A stretch of DNA of 64,000 nucleotides, taken from NCBI GenBank assembly GCA_963845755.1, contig CAWJTV010000025.1, positions 256,001 through 320,000 of the forward strand. Direction: 5' to 3'. The position numbers and the translations under genes were made by a program. How positions within the stretch are numbered: position 1 is the first letter of the stretch; each line of letters opens with the position of its first letter. The notes beneath the pieces are model-generated. The model worked only from the letters and a program-made list of their open reading frames with translations, was not told where the DNA came from and did no database searches. This document shows, in pieces, positions 63,164 to 64,000 of the stretch. The DNA comes from an uncultured Planctomycetota bacterium. Its GTDB lineage: Bacteria > Planctomycetota > Planctomycetia > Isosphaerales > Isosphaeraceae.

Positions 63164-64000
63164 ATGCTAATGCGAGGCTTGCGAACTCTGGCGCGTAGGG
63201 ACGGTCGCGGCGTCGATCTGGCCGTCGTACCTGGTGTTGCTGGCCTACCTGGCACGGCAGGCCCCATGGCCGCGGAGCCTGGGAATCCTGGTGTCGGCGA
63301 CCCTGGCCGGGCTGGCGCTGGCGGTCCTGGTGCTCGGCCTGCTGAGATGGTTGGCGCGGCCGTCGGGATGGGCCGAGCACTACCTGGAGGTCCCCGCACC
63401 GGTGGCGCGGCAACTGGCGCGAGCCGGCCGATTCGTGGTGGCCGCGGCCGCAGGGCTTCTCCTGCCGGTCTATCTGCTCGACCAAGGGTTGATCGCTCCG
63501 GTAGGTCGCCCGCTGAACGCCCCGGTCTTGGGCCGGTTCCTGATCCTGGCATTCGAGCTGGTGGTCTGGGGGACATGGATCCGTTTGTTGAGGGGGCGCT
63601 CGCCGCTGCTGACGTGGTTTGCGATCGAGTCCTCGGACGAGCGGGATCTCGGGCCGGCGGACGCTCCATCGGCGAACTCTTCGGCCTCGCGACACGTCGA
63701 ATCGCCGGCGCCTCCCAGCAGTTCGAGGATCCACGCCGGATTGGTCTGGTTGAGCCGGCATCGCCGCGCGGCCGCCGGATTCCTGCTGGCGGCCATGGCC
63801 ACCGTGATCGTACTGGACGTGCGCGGCTACAGCTTCTCCGCCCGCCGGCTCGCCATCGCCGCATCCGAGACCGCGGCTATGATCGCCCTGAGTGCCGCGG
63901 CGTATCGCGTCCTGGTGCGAACGATCGATCAGCACGTGGTGCGATGGTCGCGGCTGCGTCGGCGGTCCTGGGCGCTCGCCTTGACCTCGGCCGTCGGGTT
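63164..64000 (+). CDS. Polytopic membrane protein, probably the TM half of an MscK/MscS-like channel (3'-truncated; frameshift at ~63192)
   Basis: Not in the ORF track. The frame from 63195 reads VGTVAASIWPSYLVLLAYLARQAPWPRSLGILV...GWAEHYLEVP...IVLDVRGYSFSARRL, with multiple TMs and no stop before the window end. Confidence 0.55.
   Translation, partial: MLMRGLRTLARRDGRGVDLAVVPGVAGLPGTAGPMAAEPGNPGVGDPGRAGAGGPGARPAEMVGAAVGMGRALPGGPRTGGAATGASRPIRGGRGRRASPAGLSARPRVDRSGRSPAERPGLGPVPDPGIRAGGLGDMDPFVEGALAAADVVCDRVLGRAGSRAGGRSIGELFGLATRRIAGASQQFEDPRRIGLVEPASPRGRRIPAGGHGHRDRTGRARLQLLRPPARHRRIRDRGYDRPECRGVSRPGANDRSARGAMVAAASAVLGARLDLGRRV

Overview
GC-rich bacterial chromosomal segment, roughly two-thirds G+C by eye. 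It is almost certainly from a planctomycete, probably Isosphaeraceae-like. The inference rests on the LExRRL extracellular motif, a PVC-type CxxCH protein, a DUF4058 gene, an ECF/Ser-Thr kinase pair and membrane-anchored ECF sigma factors. Housekeeping and envelope genes: secA, waaA/kdtA, skp-lpxC/fabZ-lpxA-gnnA-like, manC, a UDP-GlcNAc pyrophosphorylase, dksA, an NhaP antiporter, system II cytochrome c maturation genes (ccsB/ccsA-like), two STAS genes and an MscK-like locus. Accessory genes: a 1594-aa subtilase, three ECF sigma factors, a WD40/TPR kinase, a TPR-sulfotransferase, two Uma2 nucleases and a low-complexity TPR protein. About 22 frameshifts, each looking like a single-base indel, hit even essential genes (secA, lpxA). 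I treat them as sequencing/assembly errors and give joined gene coordinates. Best candidate for a new system: an ECF sigma factor fused through one TM helix to a C-terminal class II cytochrome c domain (CLHCH), encoded directly upstream of the heme-attachment genes. This could be a one-component heme/redox sensor. Second candidate: five intergenic MITE-like elements that share ~30-bp asymmetric inverted ends but carry four different REP-like cargos. I recognised no rRNA, tRNA, CRISPR array or transposase. All family assignments are by motif recognition, not database search.
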